Of a stretch of DNA of 64,000 nucleotides, positions 56,321 through 64,000 are shown piece by piece; position 1 is the first letter of the stretch, and each line of letters opens with the position of its first letter. The position numbers were made by a program, and so were the translations under genes. Source of the DNA: the human T2T-CHM13v2.0 reference genome, Homo sapiens; NCBI RefSeq assembly GCF_009914755.1, contig NC_060926.1; one strand, 5' to 3'. The notes under the pieces are model-generated. The model was given only the letters and a program-made list of their open reading frames with translations, was not told the DNA's origin and made no database searches.

Positions 56321-58554
56321 CCAATTACTAACATAATCTCCCAACATTCTCCATTATAAATAAAAACTTCTCATATTTTGGATCACATCCCCTAGCCCTC
56401 TCAAAACACAAAAGCTATATTATAACATAATTGTGTCTTGTCAGATGATTCCTTAATACATCTGTATACCTACCTAAAGAAAGGATAAAGGTTCAGACAT
56501 GAAATTTGGCTGGCCTACATAAACATAAAGGGCAGGGGAGGAGTCTCAGGGCAAACATGGCTAAGAAAATGGTTTTTTCCAACAAACAAACTGAATGTAT
56601 GCTGAAAATTAAAAGTGACAAAGGAAGGAACAATAACTAAAAGTCATGTTTAACTTTAAAGCAAATAGAATTCTACACAAATAAAATTAGAGGGATACCA
56701 AATCCAAGTTGAAAAGAACCATAAAAACAGGATACTGTGTATTGACTCAATCTGGAAAGCATAGCTGACTTAATTGGTATAGCAATCTGGGGTGTAGCAG
56801 ACACACATGGATGTTCAATAAACACTATTTGATGGTGATGGTTTATAAGTAATTCAGACAATGGATTCCTGTTGAAAAATATTTTTTGAAGCTTCTTTAA
56901 TTAGATACAATATCTTGTAAATGTTTTAGGTTATGTTGTTTATGTTTATGTTTAGGTTTAGGTTTAGCTTATGTTGTTTAGGTCCAGGTAAAGTAGAAAA
57001 CAAACACGTTAACTTTTTATTGGAACAAACTAACTCTTCTCATCAGATAATAGAATCCTCAGAAGTTTTTAAAAGTAGCATCACAAAATTGGTCTATACT
57101 GACTAGTTACAAAATTACATACTGATGCTTTCAAAGTAAACACTTAGAAATTTACAATTGCCTTTGGAAAATTACTCAGCAATATGCATTAGTAAAAAAG
57201 CTTTAAGAAAACCAGATGCAAGAATTAAACCATGGCAGAAAAAAATGAGTGTTAGTGGTTAGATTGGATCTCATATCAAAGCACCTTGTGTTCCTGTAAT
57301 TAACAGACTAATTTATTCATATTATAAATATTTATTCTTCACTTATCATGTACTCAGTACTCCAGCAGTCACCAAGAATATATTTATAAAATAAAACAGT
57401 CCTAACTTTGAGGAGTAGACATCTAATTAGAAACAGGCATATAAATAAATTAAAATACAAAGTGACAAGTAAATCAACTGGATTATATTTGACGTACATA
57501 TGTATTACATGAAAGGGAAGTAATTAATTTTCTCTCATGTGATCAGGAAACGATCAGAAAGACACAGAAGTACTGGAACAAAATGAAGGTCAATCTGTTT
57601 CTTAAGACACTATTAATTGACATGTTGTTTACATAATACTAAAATAGTCAAAAATTTAAAACTTTAAGTCATAGACTTTTAGACAGGCCCCACTCATATA
57701 TAAGAAAGCTCTAAAAAGAATACAGTCAATAACCACACGAAAAATAAAATGTATATAATTACATAAAGCAAAGTGTTGCACTATTTTTCATCCCTACTAT
57801 TCCAAGCCAATATCATTCCAAGGTGTGAAGGCCCGTCATGATAACATGCACTAAGAAAGTCAACACAGGAAAGTCCTGCAGAGTGTTATTCCACATGGCT
57901 TTGTGACTAATTATGTTTGTGGAATGAACTGAGCTGTGGTCATGGGTCACTTTCAGCCGGGCCAAGAGAATGTTTCCAGAGTGTAATTGTTCTGGGCATC
58001 AAGGCACTTTACAGCATGTTCCCAATGCCTTTTGATACTTTGTGGCCAGGAGACTGCTGAGAAAATATTATTCACCAGAATTAGACCGGACTAGTCAACC
58101 TCCTGGTTATTACATCTCCATGTCAACACAAGCCATGTCTGCAACCAAATTTACCAGATGTTTCTAATTTCTCTACCTTCTGAACTACAAGTTGAATTTT
58201 TTTTCTGACTTTGAAATATTTTAAACAAAGGACTTTCTGTGATGTCTCAGAAAAACTCACAAAATTAAAACCCTGGCTAATATCAGAATAAGAGTCCTGG
58301 CTCTCCTGCACTGCCACAGGATGGGATTTCTTGCTTCTCACTGCCTATGACATTTTCTCAATAGGGTTTTTACCAATAGGAGTCTCCTTCACTCTCTGGA
58401 GATTCCTATATGGCTAACATGTAGATAAACTTCACTAAATTCTGGAGTTAACTACACATCCTCTGTTGCTGTATTACCTAAAACAGACGCTATTTCAAAT
58501 TAAGGCCTTAACATCTATACAAATCATCAACTCACATACCCTTTCAAAACAACC

Positions 58555-58985
58555 ATTGCATTTCTAGAACATCATCCAAAGATTGTACACGTATTCACAA
58601 TGAAGTTTTTGCAAAGATATTCATTACTACTTTGTCAAGACCTGGAATTTGGAAACAACCTAAGTCTTTATTAGTAGGAAACCAGTATATTTTGTTCTAT
58701 GCCCACATAAGGAATAATATTGAGACCTTAAAATGATTAGACAGTTCTCTAAATATATAATAACATCAAAAATCTCCATAATAATTCTTGGGTAAAAAAC
58801 AAGATGAAGAACTAGGTTGATATGTGTGGGTGTGTATGTGTATATAAATAAACAGTCAATACTTACATATATATTGTAAATTTTGTGTCATTTTGAATTT
58901 TAATTTGCTGCTATGTGCAAGTATTGTTTATTCAAAAATAAATAAATTTGGGAGAAATAAAGTAAAATAAAAATAAACAAAAAGT
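58555..58985 (+). mobile_element. Old L1ME-like 3' fragment
   Basis: gcaaagatattcattact...ggaaacaacctaagt; A-rich end. Confidence 0.5.
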
Positions 58986-59093
58986 GAGATTTTGAGGAAA
59001 ACACACAGTAAATTAATGAAAAGGGGGCAGGACGGAAGGAAGAAAAAAGGAAGCAGAAACCTAGATTCCAAAACCATGGATGGATCTGTCTCC

Positions 59094-64000
<4,907 letters not shown>

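Noticed and set aside
56925-56985. (TTTAGG/TTTATG)n telomere-like hexamers
   Set aside because: Not TTAGGG; short degenerate microsatellite
58123-58341. 72-aa minus-strand ORF in unique DNA
   Set aside because: Non-ATG start, weak splice signals, no recognisable homology

Overview
Primate, almost certainly human, genomic DNA: AT-rich, CpG-depleted, with Alu, L1PA and ERV repeats, including an AluYa5-type element. No intact protein-coding gene is recognisable. Most of the window is interspersed repeats. These include an L1PA3-like 3' end, a full-length but ORF-disrupted L1PA4/5 (26433-32590), a nested L1MA > L1PA12/13 > KRT18 processed pseudogene complex (17470-24293), an old near-full-length L1M with several insertions, a LOR1 provirus with both LTRs, PBS and PPT (46730-52559), an L1PA7 running off the right edge, solo LTRs (MER57, MER41, MER4, MER50, MST, MLT1, THE1), a MER44/Tigger7 transposon and 11 Alu segments. 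Subfamily names are from recalled consensus sequences, not a RepeatMasker run. I found no convincing new biological system. The best leads are a possible minus-strand spliced transcript, a KRT18 retrocopy downstream of L1 antisense promoters, a templated-insertion scar at 12057-13401, three solo LTRs inserted in one old MaLR LTR, a young AluYa5 and a perfect 40-bp AT palindrome.
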